A DNA stretch of 64,000 nt from Thermoanaerobaculia bacterium (GTDB lineage Bacteria > Acidobacteriota > Thermoanaerobaculia > Multivoradales > Multivoraceae). Shown one piece after another: positions 54,381 to 64,000 of this stretch. The stretch spans positions 768,001 through 832,000 of the forward strand of contig OY762911.1 in the NCBI GenBank assembly GCA_963666565.1, read 5' to 3'. Both the position numbers and the translations under genes were made by a program. Within the stretch, counting starts at the first letter, position 1, and each line of letters begins with the position of its first letter. Under the pieces are notes generated by a model that was not told where the DNA came from, searched no databases, and worked only from the letters and a program-made list of their open reading frames with translations.

Positions 54381-55775
54381 CTAGTCCATCTCCTCAAGCA
54401 AACCGGCCTTGAACAGCGCGTCGGCCGCTTCGCTGAGAATTCCTGGCCGCAAGCGCGAGCGTTCCGCGATGTCCGACAGCGAGTGCTCGCCGTCGCTCTG
54501 GTTGAGCACCCACAGCATGGCGATCTCGAACTCCTTCCGGCCGGCGCCGCCGAGGCCGCCGTAGAGGCCGCGGCGGCCTAGCTGCGGTTCGCCGAAGGGT
54601 TCGAGGTTGCGGTAGCGACGGGCGCCGGCGGAGTGTTGGACGCGGGACCGGCCGCGTTGCGGTTCAACGGCAGAATCCCGGGCGCTGCTACGCGCGGCGC
54701 CTCCCTCCAGCACGGCCGCTGTCGCCAGATACGCGGCGAGCGAGCCGGCAAGGGCTTCGGCGCCGATAAACGACAGGTCGTCGGCGGAGGTGTGGTACTC
54801 GGGATAGCGGCCCCAGGAGGTGCGGGTCAGGACGCCGACGGGCAGGTCGAAGCCCGGGGAGCAGTACTGCCGTTCGTCGTAGCCGAAGGGGAAGAAGTCC
54901 TCGGCGACGAGATCCTCGCCGAGTCCGGCGAGGGCGGCCAGGACGGCGCGGTCGATCTCGCGGTCGCCGCGGCGGCTCTTCTTGTAGTGGAAGGCGCCCC
55001 CGTCGCCCAGATTGGCCGCGATCAGGCCGTGGCGGAAGGTGTCCAGGCGCTCGCGGTTCCGGGCCAGCCAGACGATGGCGCCGACGCCGCCCGGGGCGAA
55101 CAGGAAGCGATAGCTGTAGCGGCGCTCGTGTACCCGGGCGAGGGCCTCGGCCAGGTGGACCGCGACCGCGATCCCCGAGAGGTTGTCGTTGGCGAGCTGC
55201 GGATGGCAGACGTGGCTCGAGACGAAGACCTCTTCGGCGGTCTTCCCCGGCAGCAGGCACTCGCCCCAGGTCATCGAGCCGTTCTTGAGCGAGGCGTCGA
55301 TGAAGACCTCGTACTCGCCGCCCGGCAGGGATTCGAGGAGTCGATGGGGCAGGCAGAAGCCCCAGGTTTCCTCGTAGTAGGAGGTGCGGTACGGGATCAG
55401 GTCCGGCTGTTCCGGCAGGCTGTGCAGGTGGGGCCGCAGCTCGTCGAGCGTCATCCGGCGATGGACCGGGACGCTGTAGCCGACCAGGTGGAGCGCGTGG
55501 TCGGCGAAGTCGACGACACGACGGCCCGAGGGATCGCGGATCCATGCTTCGCGCGGGTTCCACTCCGGCGGCACGGTCCAGTCGAGGACCGGCGTACCGG
55601 TGGGGAGTTCGTGGAGTTCCAGCGGGATCCGGCGGCCGATCCGTTCCAGGGTCTCGCGGACGCCGTCGCCGGTCAGGCTGCGGCGGATCGGGTACAGCTC
55701 GGCGGCGAGGTCCATCATCGACCGGCCGGCCGCTTCGCGGTCGAGAGCGGCAAGGGCCTGCCGGACGGTGGACAT
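54381..55775 (-). CDS. DUF4910 family (M28-like peptidase fold with C-terminal winged helix)
   Basis: RSLTGDGVRETL, DWTVPPEW, PYRTSYY, CHPQLANDNLSG, DERQYCSPG and EPQLGRRGLY. Confidence 0.85.
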   Translation of the reverse strand: MSTVRQALAALDREAAGRSMMDLAAELYPIRRSLTGDGVRETLERIGRRIPLELHELPTGTPVLDWTVPPEWNPREAWIRDPSGRRVVDFADHALHLVGYSVPVHRRMTLDELRPHLHSLPEQPDLIPYRTSYYEETWGFCLPHRLLESLPGGEYEVFIDASLKNGSMTWGECLLPGKTAEEVFVSSHVCHPQLANDNLSGIAVAVHLAEALARVHERRYSYRFLFAPGGVGAIVWLARNRERLDTFRHGLIAANLGDGGAFHYKKSRRGDREIDRAVLAALAGLGEDLVAEDFFPFGYDERQYCSPGFDLPVGVLTRTSWGRYPEYHTSADDLSFIGAEALAGSLAAYLATAAVLEGGAARSSARDSAVEPQRGRSRVQHSAGARRYRNLEPFGEPQLGRRGLYGGLGGAGRKEFEIAMLWVLNQSDGEHSLSDIAERSRLRPGILSEAADALFKAGLLEEMD

Positions 55776-55795
55776 GGGCCTATTCTGCGCGAAGC

Positions 55796-55934
55796 CTGGG
55801 TGCGCGGGTCTTCCGACCCGCTGCCGCCGAAGGCGGCCAGGTGGTTCTTCGTCGCCGGCCAAGGCCGGCGGCCATTCTCCGCGTCGCCGCTGCGCGTCGC
55901 CGCCGGAAGCGGGTCGGAAGACCCGCGCACCCAG
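55796..55934. repeat. Inverted pair of REP-like copies (REPIN-like doublet)
   Basis: CTGGGTGCGCGGGTCTTCCGACCCGC at 55796 and its inverse at ~55909-55934. Confidence 0.88.
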
Positions 55935-55935
55935 G

Positions 55936-57894
55936 CTACAGGTACCCCATCGCCTTCAGGCGCTCGATCTCCTGCCGCGTCCGTTCGACGTCCGTGCCGC
56001 CCACCGTATCGACCGGCTGCCAGGCGTCGCGATAGGTCGCAACCCGGCGTGACGAACCCGGGTCCGGCGGCGATTCGAACGCGCCCTCCAGCACCCTGCC
56101 CTCGGCATCCTCCGGAACCGGCAGACCCAGCAGCGCCAGCACGGTCGGAAACACGTCGAGCACATGGCTGCTCTCCAGCCGGTGGCCGCGGCGGATGCCG
56201 GGGCCATGCATCAGCAGAACGCCGTCCGGGCCGTGCCTGTGCTGGGTGTACAGCCGGTGAACGAAGGTCGGCGACTGGCCGTGGTCCGAGGCGATGACGA
56301 AGACCGTCTCGGGACCCAGGGCTGCCCGCAAGTCACCGACCACACGGTCGATCCGCCGGTAGACGTCCGCCACCGCCTCCCCGTGCTCCTCGATGCCCGC
56401 CGATGAAACGAACGGAAACAGCTCCGGCTCGGCCCAGCGCCAGCGCTGGTGCGAGACGGTGTCCGGTTCATGGGTGTAGAGGTTGAGAAAGCGCGGCGGC
56501 GGTTCGCCCTGCGCGGAGCGGTGCTCCAGCAGGGCGATCGCGGCCCGGTGCTGCCAGTCGAGGTCCAGCCGGCCCGCAGCGGCGTCCCGAACCCCGGGAG
56601 GCAGTTCGGGCGGTTGCGCGAACCAGGTCAGCATCGGCGAGGACGGGCGCCGGCCCCCCGCGGCGGATGCCTGCGAGGCGTCCGCGTTGCCGGACCCCGG
56701 CGAGGCGCCCAAGTTGCCGGATGCCGGCGAAACGCTCGCGCTTCCGGACGTCGCCTCCCCGAACGCGGTATCCGGCGGCAAGCCGGCCAGGGCGTCGTTC
56801 AGACCGTAGGCCAGCACGCGGCTCCCCCGCTCCAGCGGCGCCTGAGCCGGGAACGAGTAGAAGTAGCCGTCGACGACGACCGTCGGCAGTCCGGCGCGAT
56901 CCGCGATCTCCCAGATCGGCGGAGACGCCAGGTCGAGCCGGTTGACAAAGCGCCGCGAGATCCCCGGCACCCGGGCCACCAGGTCGATCAGCTCCTTGAA
57001 GCTGGTGCGGTGAACCGGGAACAGGCCGGCGCCCGAACCGGGAAAGCGAATCCGGTAGAAGTCGTGGACGCCGTGCCGCCGGGGCGTCTCGCCGGTGTAG
57101 ATCGACGCCCAGATCACCGCGGAGTTGGCGTTGCCGATCGTCTCGAGCCGGCTCGACGTGCCCTCGCGGACGAACTCCGCCAGGTTCGGCAGGTCGCCGT
57201 CGTCGATCAGGTCCTGGAGCATGTCGGGGTCCACCCCGTCGAAGCCCAGCAGAGCCACCGGCGGCCCCTCGCCGGCGACCAGCGCGGTCGGGTCGAAGGA
57301 CGCCGCCTCCTTCTCCGGAACGAGCCGGAACGCGACCGGCAGGACGACGTGGATCGCAACGAGGGCCAGCGCGAGCGCACCCACGAGCCGCGGCACTCGA
57401 CCGGCGTCGAGACGGGCCACCCGAGCCGCCAGCGTCCAGGCGACGATCCAGATGGCCGCCCCCGCCAGAACGCCGGCCACGGCCAGGAACAGCGCCATGC
57501 TCCAGAAGCCGGCGGGCGTGAACCAGGGGACCTGCCCGTAGGTCAGGCCGTAGAACAGGACGAGTTCGAGGAAGACGACGGCGAAGAGGCACGCGGCAAG
57601 CGCGGCCGGCCTGCCCGCCGGCCTCCGGCGCAAGTGGGCGAGGGTCCGCCACAGCAGCCCCAGGCCGCCGAAGGCGGCGCCCGCCCAGATCCCGTAGAGC
57701 AGCCCGAAGAGCAGGAGGGCGGCGACTCCGGCGACCGGGCTCTCCGTCCGGTTGTGCACGAGGTGGGCAAGCGAAATCGGCCCGCCGAACAGCAGCGCGC
57801 CGAACAGCAGACCTGCCCGCAGGTCGCGGCCGCAGGCGACCGGCACGTCCAGCCACCCGCGTACGAAGGAAGCCGTGCCACCACGTTCGGCCAC
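55936..57894 (-). CDS. Membrane-anchored alkaline phosphatase / phosphodiesterase superfamily protein
   Basis: N-terminal transmembrane helices; LGFDG, WASIYTG..P..HG, ASDHG, LDVFPTVL and LKAMGY. Confidence 0.8.
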   Translation of the reverse strand: MAERGGTASFVRGWLDVPVACGRDLRAGLLFGALLFGGPISLAHLVHNRTESPVAGVAALLLFGLLYGIWAGAAFGGLGLLWRTLAHLRRRPAGRPAALAACLFAVVFLELVLFYGLTYGQVPWFTPAGFWSMALFLAVAGVLAGAAIWIVAWTLAARVARLDAGRVPRLVGALALALVAIHVVLPVAFRLVPEKEAASFDPTALVAGEGPPVALLGFDGVDPDMLQDLIDDGDLPNLAEFVREGTSSRLETIGNANSAVIWASIYTGETPRRHGVHDFYRIRFPGSGAGLFPVHRTSFKELIDLVARVPGISRRFVNRLDLASPPIWEIADRAGLPTVVVDGYFYSFPAQAPLERGSRVLAYGLNDALAGLPPDTAFGEATSGSASVSPASGNLGASPGSGNADASQASAAGGRRPSSPMLTWFAQPPELPPGVRDAAAGRLDLDWQHRAAIALLEHRSAQGEPPPRFLNLYTHEPDTVSHQRWRWAEPELFPFVSSAGIEEHGEAVADVYRRIDRVVGDLRAALGPETVFVIASDHGQSPTFVHRLYTQHRHGPDGVLLMHGPGIRRGHRLESSHVLDVFPTVLALLGLPVPEDAEGRVLEGAFESPPDPGSSRRVATYRDAWQPVDTVGGTDVERTRQEIERLKAMGYL

Positions 57895-58046
57895 GGGCCG
57901 GGATGATACGGCAGCGGTGGCCCGTCGCTGCTAGGGTCGCGCTCCCCGTGTCGGCGAGATGCGGGCCGAACCGCGAGTTGCCTGAAGGAACCGGACATGG
58001 CCACTTCTGAAGCACCAGGGTCGGTCATGGAACTTGCGAGGGACTC

Positions 58047-59402
58047 GTGACAGCGAAATCCAACGTAGTCGTCGTCGGCATGCAGTGGGGCGACGAGGGC
58101 AAGGGGAAGATCATCGATCTCCTGTGCCCCGCCTTCGATGCCGTGGTCCGCTTCCAGGGCGGCAACAACGCCGGCCACACGGTGAAGTTCGGCAGCGGCG
58201 AGGGCGACGAGCACTTCGCCCTGCACCTGATCCCTTCCGGCATCCTGCACGAGGGAGTGGCCTGCTACCTCGGCAACGGCATGGTGATCGACCCGGACGC
58301 CTTTCTCGCCGAGGTCGCCCAACTGGAGCGACGCGGCATCGAAACGGCCGGCCGGCTGCGGCTTTCCGACCGGGCGCACGCGCTGACGCCGGTGCATGTG
58401 GCGCTCGACATCGTCCGCGAGGAAGCGCGCGGCGCGGACCGGATCGGCACCACCGCCAAGGGCATCGGCCCGGCCTACGAGAGCAAGATCGGCCGCACCG
58501 GCATTCGCCTGGCGGAACTCGTCGCCGGCGGCGAGGCCATGATGAACCGGCAGATCGTGCGGGTGGCGAACTTCGAGCGCCCGGCCGCCGAGGGCGCCGA
58601 ACTGGACCCCGAAGCCGCCGCGGCGGACTTCACCCGCTGGGCCGAACGCCTGTCTCCCTACCTCTGCGACCTGTCGGTCGAACTGGACGATCTGATGCGC
58701 GGCGGCGGCGCCATCCTGTTCGAGGGCGCGCAGGGCGCGCTGCTCGACGTCGACCACGGGACCTACCCCTACGTGACGAGCTCGAACTCGACGACCGGCG
58801 GCGCCGCGACCGGCAGCGGCGTGCCGCCGACCGCCATCGACGGAGCGATCGGGGTGGTCAAGGCCTACACGACCCGGGTCGGCGAGGGTCCGATGCCCAC
58901 CGAGCTGGTCGACAACGTGGGGCGCCACCTGCGGGACCGCGGACACGAGTTCGGCACCACGACCGGGCGGCCCCGGCGCTGCGGCTGGCTCGATCTGGTC
59001 GTCCTGCGCCACGCGAGCCGCGTCAACGGAGCGCGTTGTCTGGCCCTGACGAAGATCGACGTGCTCGACGAGCTGGACGAACTCCAGGTCTGCGTCGCCT
59101 ACCGCATCGGCGGCGAGGCGGTCCGCAACCTGCCGGCGGTGACGGACCGCCTGGAGGCCGCCGAGCCCGTCTACCGGAGCTTCCCCGGCTGGAAGCAGGA
59201 CACGCGCGGCGTGCTCGACCGGAGCGACCTGCCGCGGGCCGCCCTCGACTACATCGACTTCCTGGAGCAGGAACTGGACGCGAGCGCGGACCTGATCTCC
59301 TCCGGCCCGAGGCGCGAGGAAACCGTCGTCAGCGGCGGCGGCCCGCTCGAGGAGTGGTTGGGCGACCGGTTCGCGACCGCCCAGGCGGCGGTCGGCGAGT
59401 AG
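58047..59402 (+). CDS. purA: Adenylosuccinate synthetase
   Basis: QWGDEGKGK, QGGNNAGHT, HLIPSG, EGAQG and GTTTGRPRRCGWLD. Confidence 0.98.
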   Translation: MTAKSNVVVVGMQWGDEGKGKIIDLLCPAFDAVVRFQGGNNAGHTVKFGSGEGDEHFALHLIPSGILHEGVACYLGNGMVIDPDAFLAEVAQLERRGIETAGRLRLSDRAHALTPVHVALDIVREEARGADRIGTTAKGIGPAYESKIGRTGIRLAELVAGGEAMMNRQIVRVANFERPAAEGAELDPEAAAADFTRWAERLSPYLCDLSVELDDLMRGGGAILFEGAQGALLDVDHGTYPYVTSSNSTTGGAATGSGVPPTAIDGAIGVVKAYTTRVGEGPMPTELVDNVGRHLRDRGHEFGTTTGRPRRCGWLDLVVLRHASRVNGARCLALTKIDVLDELDELQVCVAYRIGGEAVRNLPAVTDRLEAAEPVYRSFPGWKQDTRGVLDRSDLPRAALDYIDFLEQELDASADLISSGPRREETVVSGGGPLEEWLGDRFATAQAAVGE

Positions 59403-59490
59403 ACCGGATTCCGCCTGCGGCGGATGCCGGCGGGGACGCCGGCGCACCCAGTCCGGGCCGTCGGCGATCGGTGGGGCCGTATACTGCGCC

Positions 59491-59566
59491 GGGCCGTTAG
59501 CTCAGTTGGTAGAGCAGTGGACTTTTAATCCAAGGGTCGGGGGTTCGATCCCCTCACGGCCCACCA
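59491..59566 (+). tRNA. tRNA-Lys(TTT)
   Basis: GGGCCGTTAGCTCAG...TGGA-CTTTTAA-TCCA...GGTTCGATCCC...CCA; TATACT just upstream. Confidence 0.96.
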
Positions 59567-59639
59567 CGGGTCATGCGCTTCGAGCCGGCGGCTGGCGCGG
59601 CCCGGACGACGCGGCCGCCGGCTGACGCGACTACTGGGC

Positions 59640-59712
59640 CGCCTGCGGCGGCAGCGGGTCGGAGGACCCGCGCACCCAGTGAACAGCGCGGGTCGGAGGA
59701 CTCGCGCACCCG
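59640..59712. repeat. Two REP-like copies
   Basis: GCGGGTCGGAGGACCCGCGCACCCAG and a degenerate second copy. Confidence 0.85.
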
Positions 59713-59750
59713 ATGACGACCAGTGCCCACAAGCCCATAGGATCGTCTCC

Positions 59751-61133
59751 ATGCGAATCCCATCGATGGCCCGGCTCATCCTCCTCTCCGCGTTGGCGGC
59801 AACGCTCGCACCGGTGGCGGCCATGGCCGAAGACCGCGGCGCCCTGCTCGAACGGATCGACGGACTCGTCGCGGACTCGATGGAGGCGACGCAGACGCCC
59901 GGGATCTCCGTGGCGGTCCAGTACCGCGGCGAGCTGATCCTGGCCCGCGGCTACGGACTCGCCGACATCGAGAACCGGGTGCCGGCGACGGAGCACACCG
60001 TCTACCGGATCGGTTCGGTCACCAAGCAGTTCACCGCGGCGGCCGTGATGAAGCTGGTCGAACAGGGGAAGGTCGACCTCGACGACCCGATGACGAAGTA
60101 CTTCCCCGACTACCCGGTCGGCGAGTTCCGCATCACGACAGGCCAGTTGCTCGACCACACCAGCGGCATCAAGGGCTACACCGAGATGCCGGCGTTCTGG
60201 GAGCAGGGGCGGCTCGACCTCTCGCACGAGCAGATGATCGATCTGTTCTCGACCGTGCCGTACGAGTTCGAACCGGGCGACCGCTACCAGTACAACAATT
60301 CCGGCTACTACCTGGCGGGTCTGCTGGTCGAGAAGGCGAGCGGCATGACGTACGCGGAGTACCTGGAGGAGACGTTCTTCCGGCCGCTGGGGATGCGGGA
60401 GTCGCACTACCTCTACAACGACCCGATCGTGCCCGACCGCGCCGAGGGCTACCGGGTCGAGGACGGCGTCCTCCTGAACGACGAGCCGCTCTCCATGCAC
60501 CTGCCGTTCGCGGCCGGAGCGCTCGGTTCCAGCGTCCTCGATCTGGTGCGCTGGATGGTGGCGCTCGGCGCCGGCGACGTGGTCGGGCCGGACGGGATCG
60601 AGGCGATGACGACCCGGCGGCGGCTTTCCCGCGGCGACGAAATCGGCTACGGCCTCGGCCTGTTCGTCGGCGAGATGGCCGGTCGCCCCAAGATCGAGCA
60701 CGGCGGCGGCATCAACGGCTTCCTCAGCCAGCTCTCCTGGTATCCGGACGACGATCTGATCGTCACGGTTCTCGCCAACTGCAACTGCGGCGAACCCGGC
60801 CCTCTGGAGGCCCGGATCGCGAGGGCCGTGCTCGGAGTGGCGGAGCCGGACCACGCTCCGGTCGCGCTGGAAGAGGACGAACTGAAGCGCTACGCCGGCG
60901 TCTACGACTTCGGTCGCAGCCCGATCCCCGTGCAGGTCGAGGACGGCAAGCTCCGGATCTTCGGCAGGGACACCGTGCCGATCGGCGAGCACCGCTTCGC
61001 CGGCACCCGCGACAGGGAGCAGATCGCGATCTTCGAGGTCGATGCCGACACCGGGCGAGCCACCCACCTGCGCCTCGAACGCTGGGGCCAGGTGCAGCGC
61101 GGGCAACGGGCCGGCGACGAGCCGGAGGAGTGA
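59751..61133 (+). CDS. Serine hydrolase, beta-lactamase class C / peptidase S12 family
   Basis: IGSVTK (SxxK), YNNSGY, HGGGING and a signal peptide. Confidence 0.92.
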   Translation: MRIPSMARLILLSALAATLAPVAAMAEDRGALLERIDGLVADSMEATQTPGISVAVQYRGELILARGYGLADIENRVPATEHTVYRIGSVTKQFTAAAVMKLVEQGKVDLDDPMTKYFPDYPVGEFRITTGQLLDHTSGIKGYTEMPAFWEQGRLDLSHEQMIDLFSTVPYEFEPGDRYQYNNSGYYLAGLLVEKASGMTYAEYLEETFFRPLGMRESHYLYNDPIVPDRAEGYRVEDGVLLNDEPLSMHLPFAAGALGSSVLDLVRWMVALGAGDVVGPDGIEAMTTRRRLSRGDEIGYGLGLFVGEMAGRPKIEHGGGINGFLSQLSWYPDDDLIVTVLANCNCGEPGPLEARIARAVLGVAEPDHAPVALEEDELKRYAGVYDFGRSPIPVQVEDGKLRIFGRDTVPIGEHRFAGTRDREQIAIFEVDADTGRATHLRLERWGQVQRGQRAGDEPEE

Positions 61134-63151
61134 TCGTGAAGTACGGCGCATTCCTGGCCGCAGCTCTGCTGCTCACCGCCTGCGGTGCCACCGACGAGGA
61201 CTGGCCCGTCTATCTCGGCGACCCGGGCCGGCAGCACTACAGCCCGCTCTCCTCGATCAACCGGGAGAACGTGAGCCAGCTTGAAGTCGCCTGGGTCTAC
61301 GACGCGGGCGAGCCGCGCGGGGCCGGCGCCACGATGTACACCAGTCCCCTGGTCATCGACGGGGTGCTCTACGCGCTCTCGCCCCATCTCGACGCCTTCG
61401 CGCTCGACGCGGCCACGGGCGAAGAGATCTGGCGCACGGACCTCGAGCTTTCCGGCAACGCCCAGCGGGGGCTCATGTGGTGGGAGGATGGCGTCGAGCG
61501 GCGTCTCTTCTACACCCACGGCAAGGACCTGATCGGTCTCGACGCCGATGACGGCAGCCTGGTCCAGGGTTTCGGCGACGGCGGCCTGGTCGACCTGACG
61601 CCGGACGTCGACCGGGCCGGCGTCGTCTTCGTCACCGTGCCGGGGGTGGTTTTCGAAGACAAGCTGATCCTCGGCTTCTCCACGAACGAGGACGCAAACG
61701 CGTTCCCGGGATCGATCCGGGCCTTCAGCGCGGTCGACGGCAGCCTCGTCTGGCAGTTCGACACGATTCCGAAGCCCGGCGACACGGGCTCCGAGACCTG
61801 GGCCGAAGGCTCGCTCGCGCGCGCCGGCGGCGCCAACGTCTGGACCGGCATGGCGCTGGACGAGGAGCGCGGCATCCTGTTCGCGCCGACCGGGTCGGCG
61901 ACTCCCGACTTCTACGGCGCGAGCCGCCTCGGCGACAACCTGTTCTCAGACGCCCTGGTCGCGGTGGACGCCCGCACGGGCGAGCTCATGTGGCACTTCC
62001 AGGTCGTCCGCCACGACCTGTGGGACAAGGACAACCCGTCCCCGCCGACCCTGGTGCAGCTCGAGCGCGACGGCCGCACGATCGACGCGGTGGCGATCAC
62101 GACAAAGACGGGGCAGCTCTACGTGTTCGACCGCGAGACCGGAGAGTCGATGTACCCGATCCACGAGATCGAGACGCCGATTCGGAGCACCCTGCCGGGC
62201 GAGGCGACCTCGCCGACGCAGCCGATGTCGGAGGTGGTCATCAGCCGGCAGAACTTCGAGATCACGAACCGCACACCGGAGGCGCGCGCGTTCGTCGAGG
62301 AGCGGATCGAGGACTGGGACCTGCGGCCCTGGGCGCCGCCGAAGGTCGGCACCGTGCTCTTCACGCCGTGGTACGACGGCGGCGGCGAGTGGGGCGGTTC
62401 GGCGTTCGATCCGGCCACGAACAGCCTGATCGTGAACGCGAACGACGTCGCCGGCATCCTGGAACTCACCGAGGTGCCGGCCGGCTTCAGCCGCTACGGC
62501 ACCTACGCGCTCCACTGCGGCCGTTGCCACGGGCTGAAGCTCGAAGGAACCGACATGGGCGGCCCCCTGCTCGGCGTCGGCGACCGCCTGTCCCGCGACG
62601 AGATGCGCCGGATCATCCGCGAAGGCAGCGGCCGGATGGAGGGTTTCGCGCACCTCAACCGGATCGAACTCGGCGCCATCGAGGCCTACATCCTGTCGCC
62701 CGAGCCCGAGGAGGACGAGCCGCGCGGCGAGGTCGCCTACGCGCTCGGCGGCTACGTGTACCTCCGCGACCACGAGAACCTCCCCGGCAACTCGCCGCCC
62801 TGGGGAACGCTCAACTCGATCGACCTCGCGACCGGCGAGATCGCCTGGAAGGTCCCGTTCGGCGACTACCCCTCGCACCCCGGCCTCGGCTTCGGCGCCG
62901 TGAACTACGGCGGCCCCGTGGTGACGGCGTCCGGACTCATCTTCATCGGAGCGACGCCGGACGAGATGTTCCGCGCCTACGACACGCGGAACGGCGAGAT
63001 CCTGTGGGAAGCGAAGCTGTCGGCAGCAGGCTACGCGACGCCGGCCGTCTACAGCGTGGACGGCAAGCAGTACGTCGTGATCGCTGCCGGCGGCGGCCGC
63101 ACCGGCGGGCCTTCCGGGGGCGAGTACATCGCGTTCAGCCTGCCGGAGTAG
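61130..63151 (+). CDS. PQQ-dependent dehydrogenase (glucose/quinate-like) lipoprotein with an inserted cytochrome c domain
   Basis: Lipobox LTAC; W..Y.GD...HYSPL..IN; HDLWD; CGRCH; PPWGTL; GKQYVVIAAGG. Confidence 0.9.
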   Translation: MIVKYGAFLAAALLLTACGATDEDWPVYLGDPGRQHYSPLSSINRENVSQLEVAWVYDAGEPRGAGATMYTSPLVIDGVLYALSPHLDAFALDAATGEEIWRTDLELSGNAQRGLMWWEDGVERRLFYTHGKDLIGLDADDGSLVQGFGDGGLVDLTPDVDRAGVVFVTVPGVVFEDKLILGFSTNEDANAFPGSIRAFSAVDGSLVWQFDTIPKPGDTGSETWAEGSLARAGGANVWTGMALDEERGILFAPTGSATPDFYGASRLGDNLFSDALVAVDARTGELMWHFQVVRHDLWDKDNPSPPTLVQLERDGRTIDAVAITTKTGQLYVFDRETGESMYPIHEIETPIRSTLPGEATSPTQPMSEVVISRQNFEITNRTPEARAFVEERIEDWDLRPWAPPKVGTVLFTPWYDGGGEWGGSAFDPATNSLIVNANDVAGILELTEVPAGFSRYGTYALHCGRCHGLKLEGTDMGGPLLGVGDRLSRDEMRRIIREGSGRMEGFAHLNRIELGAIEAYILSPEPEEDEPRGEVAYALGGYVYLRDHENLPGNSPPWGTLNSIDLATGEIAWKVPFGDYPSHPGLGFGAVNYGGPVVTASGLIFIGATPDEMFRAYDTRNGEILWEAKLSAAGYATPAVYSVDGKQYVVIAAGGGRTGGPSGGEYIAFSLPE

Positions 63152-63372
63152 CTTGCGCCTGGCGACGCCACCGGCAGAAATCGCTGGCATGTGGGTCAAT
63201 CTACGGCTGATTCACCCACTCGCACGCCAACGTGCCCTGGGTGCGCGGGTCTGCATCCGTGTGCCCGATGACGGGCGACGGACTGGCGCGCGGATGGCAC
63301 CCCGGCGCACCCAGGGTGCGACCCTGTTCCCTGCGCGACAGCGCACCGGAACCGCCGCGAACACTCCTGGCG

Positions 63373-64000
63373 CTAACCGGCAAGGAGTCGCCGGGCGCGG
63401 TCCGCGATTGCCGCGGCGTTGATGCCGAGGTTCTCGACCAGGTCCCCGTAGGGCGCCGAGGCGCCGAAGCGGTCGATGCCGAGGACGTCGCCTTTCGAAC
63501 CGGTCCAGCGCTCCCAGCCCAAAGTCGCAGCGGCTTCGACGGCGAGCCGGCGGCGAACGCCCGGCGGCAGCACCCGCTCGCGGTACTCCTGCGGCTGCGC
63601 GGCGAAGGCCTCCCAGGAGGGCATGCTGACTACGCGGACGGCGTGGCCTTCAGCCGAGAGCTCCGACGCGGCCTCCAGCGCGGGCGCTACCTCGGAGCCG
63701 GTGGCGATCAGGATCAGGTCGGGTTCGGCGCCGCCGTCCGCCAGGACGTAGGCGCCGCGGGCGACGCCGTCCAGTGCGCCGTCGGCGGTTGCCTCCAACA
63801 CCGGGAGCTTCTGGCGGGTGAGAACGAGGGCGCAAGGGCCGTTCGTGTCGAGGGCCAGGGCCCAGGCGGCGGCGGTCTCGTTCGCGTCGGCCGGGCGGAC
63901 GACGACGAGGCCCGGCACCGCGCGCAGGTGCGCCAGGTGCTCGATCGGCTGGTGCGTCGGACCGTCCTCGCCCAGGAACACGGAGTCGTGGGTGAAGACG
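63373..64000 (-). CDS. tkt: Transketolase, C-terminal part (truncated by the window)
   Basis: HDS..LGEDGPTHQPIE, RPADANE, IATGSEV, VVSMPS and FGASAP. Confidence 0.95.
   Translation of the reverse strand, partial: VFTHDSVFLGEDGPTHQPIEHLAHLRAVPGLVVVRPADANETAAAWALALDTNGPCALVLTRQKLPVLEATADGALDGVARGAYVLADGGAEPDLILIATGSEVAPALEAASELSAEGHAVRVVSMPSWEAFAAQPQEYRERVLPPGVRRRLAVEAAATLGWERWTGSKGDVLGIDRFGASAPYGDLVENLGINAAAIADRARRLLAG

Noticed and set aside
59751-61133. Antibiotic-resistance beta-lactamase
   Set aside because: Motifs fit the broad S12 serine hydrolase family; nothing specific for AmpC activity

Overview
This is a high-GC bacterial chromosome window from a diderm, LPS-making organism. The secreted-protein repeats suggest Acidobacteriota, possibly Thermoanaerobaculia (inference). 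It carries mostly housekeeping genes: msbA, ligA, pdxJ, glmM-cdaR-cdaA-ftsH-tilS, rpmG, sodA, ctpA, tatC/tatA, kdsC-kdsD-kdsA-pyrG-kdsB, purH, aat, ychF, purA and tkt, plus five tRNAs and some small accessory modules. Three things stand out. (1) An unannotated ~775-nt locus at 37313-38095 looks like a large, highly structured non-coding RNA, with a sigma70-like promoter, a 12-bp end-to-end closing helix, nested long-range helices, many GNRA/UNCG hairpins and a T-run. (2) An IS110-family (IS1111-type) element sits inside a copy of the genome's REP-like repeat. Its non-coding end contains four short segments matching the target and donor junctions, in the layout of a bridge/seek RNA. (3) The REP-like palindrome CTGGGTGCGCGGGTCTTCCGACCCGC occurs roughly 45-50 times by eye and has entered coding sequences in frame (glmM, purH, ligA, cdaR and a metallopeptidase). 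All calls come from reading the sequence and the supplied ORF track. No searches were run, and several start codons are estimates.
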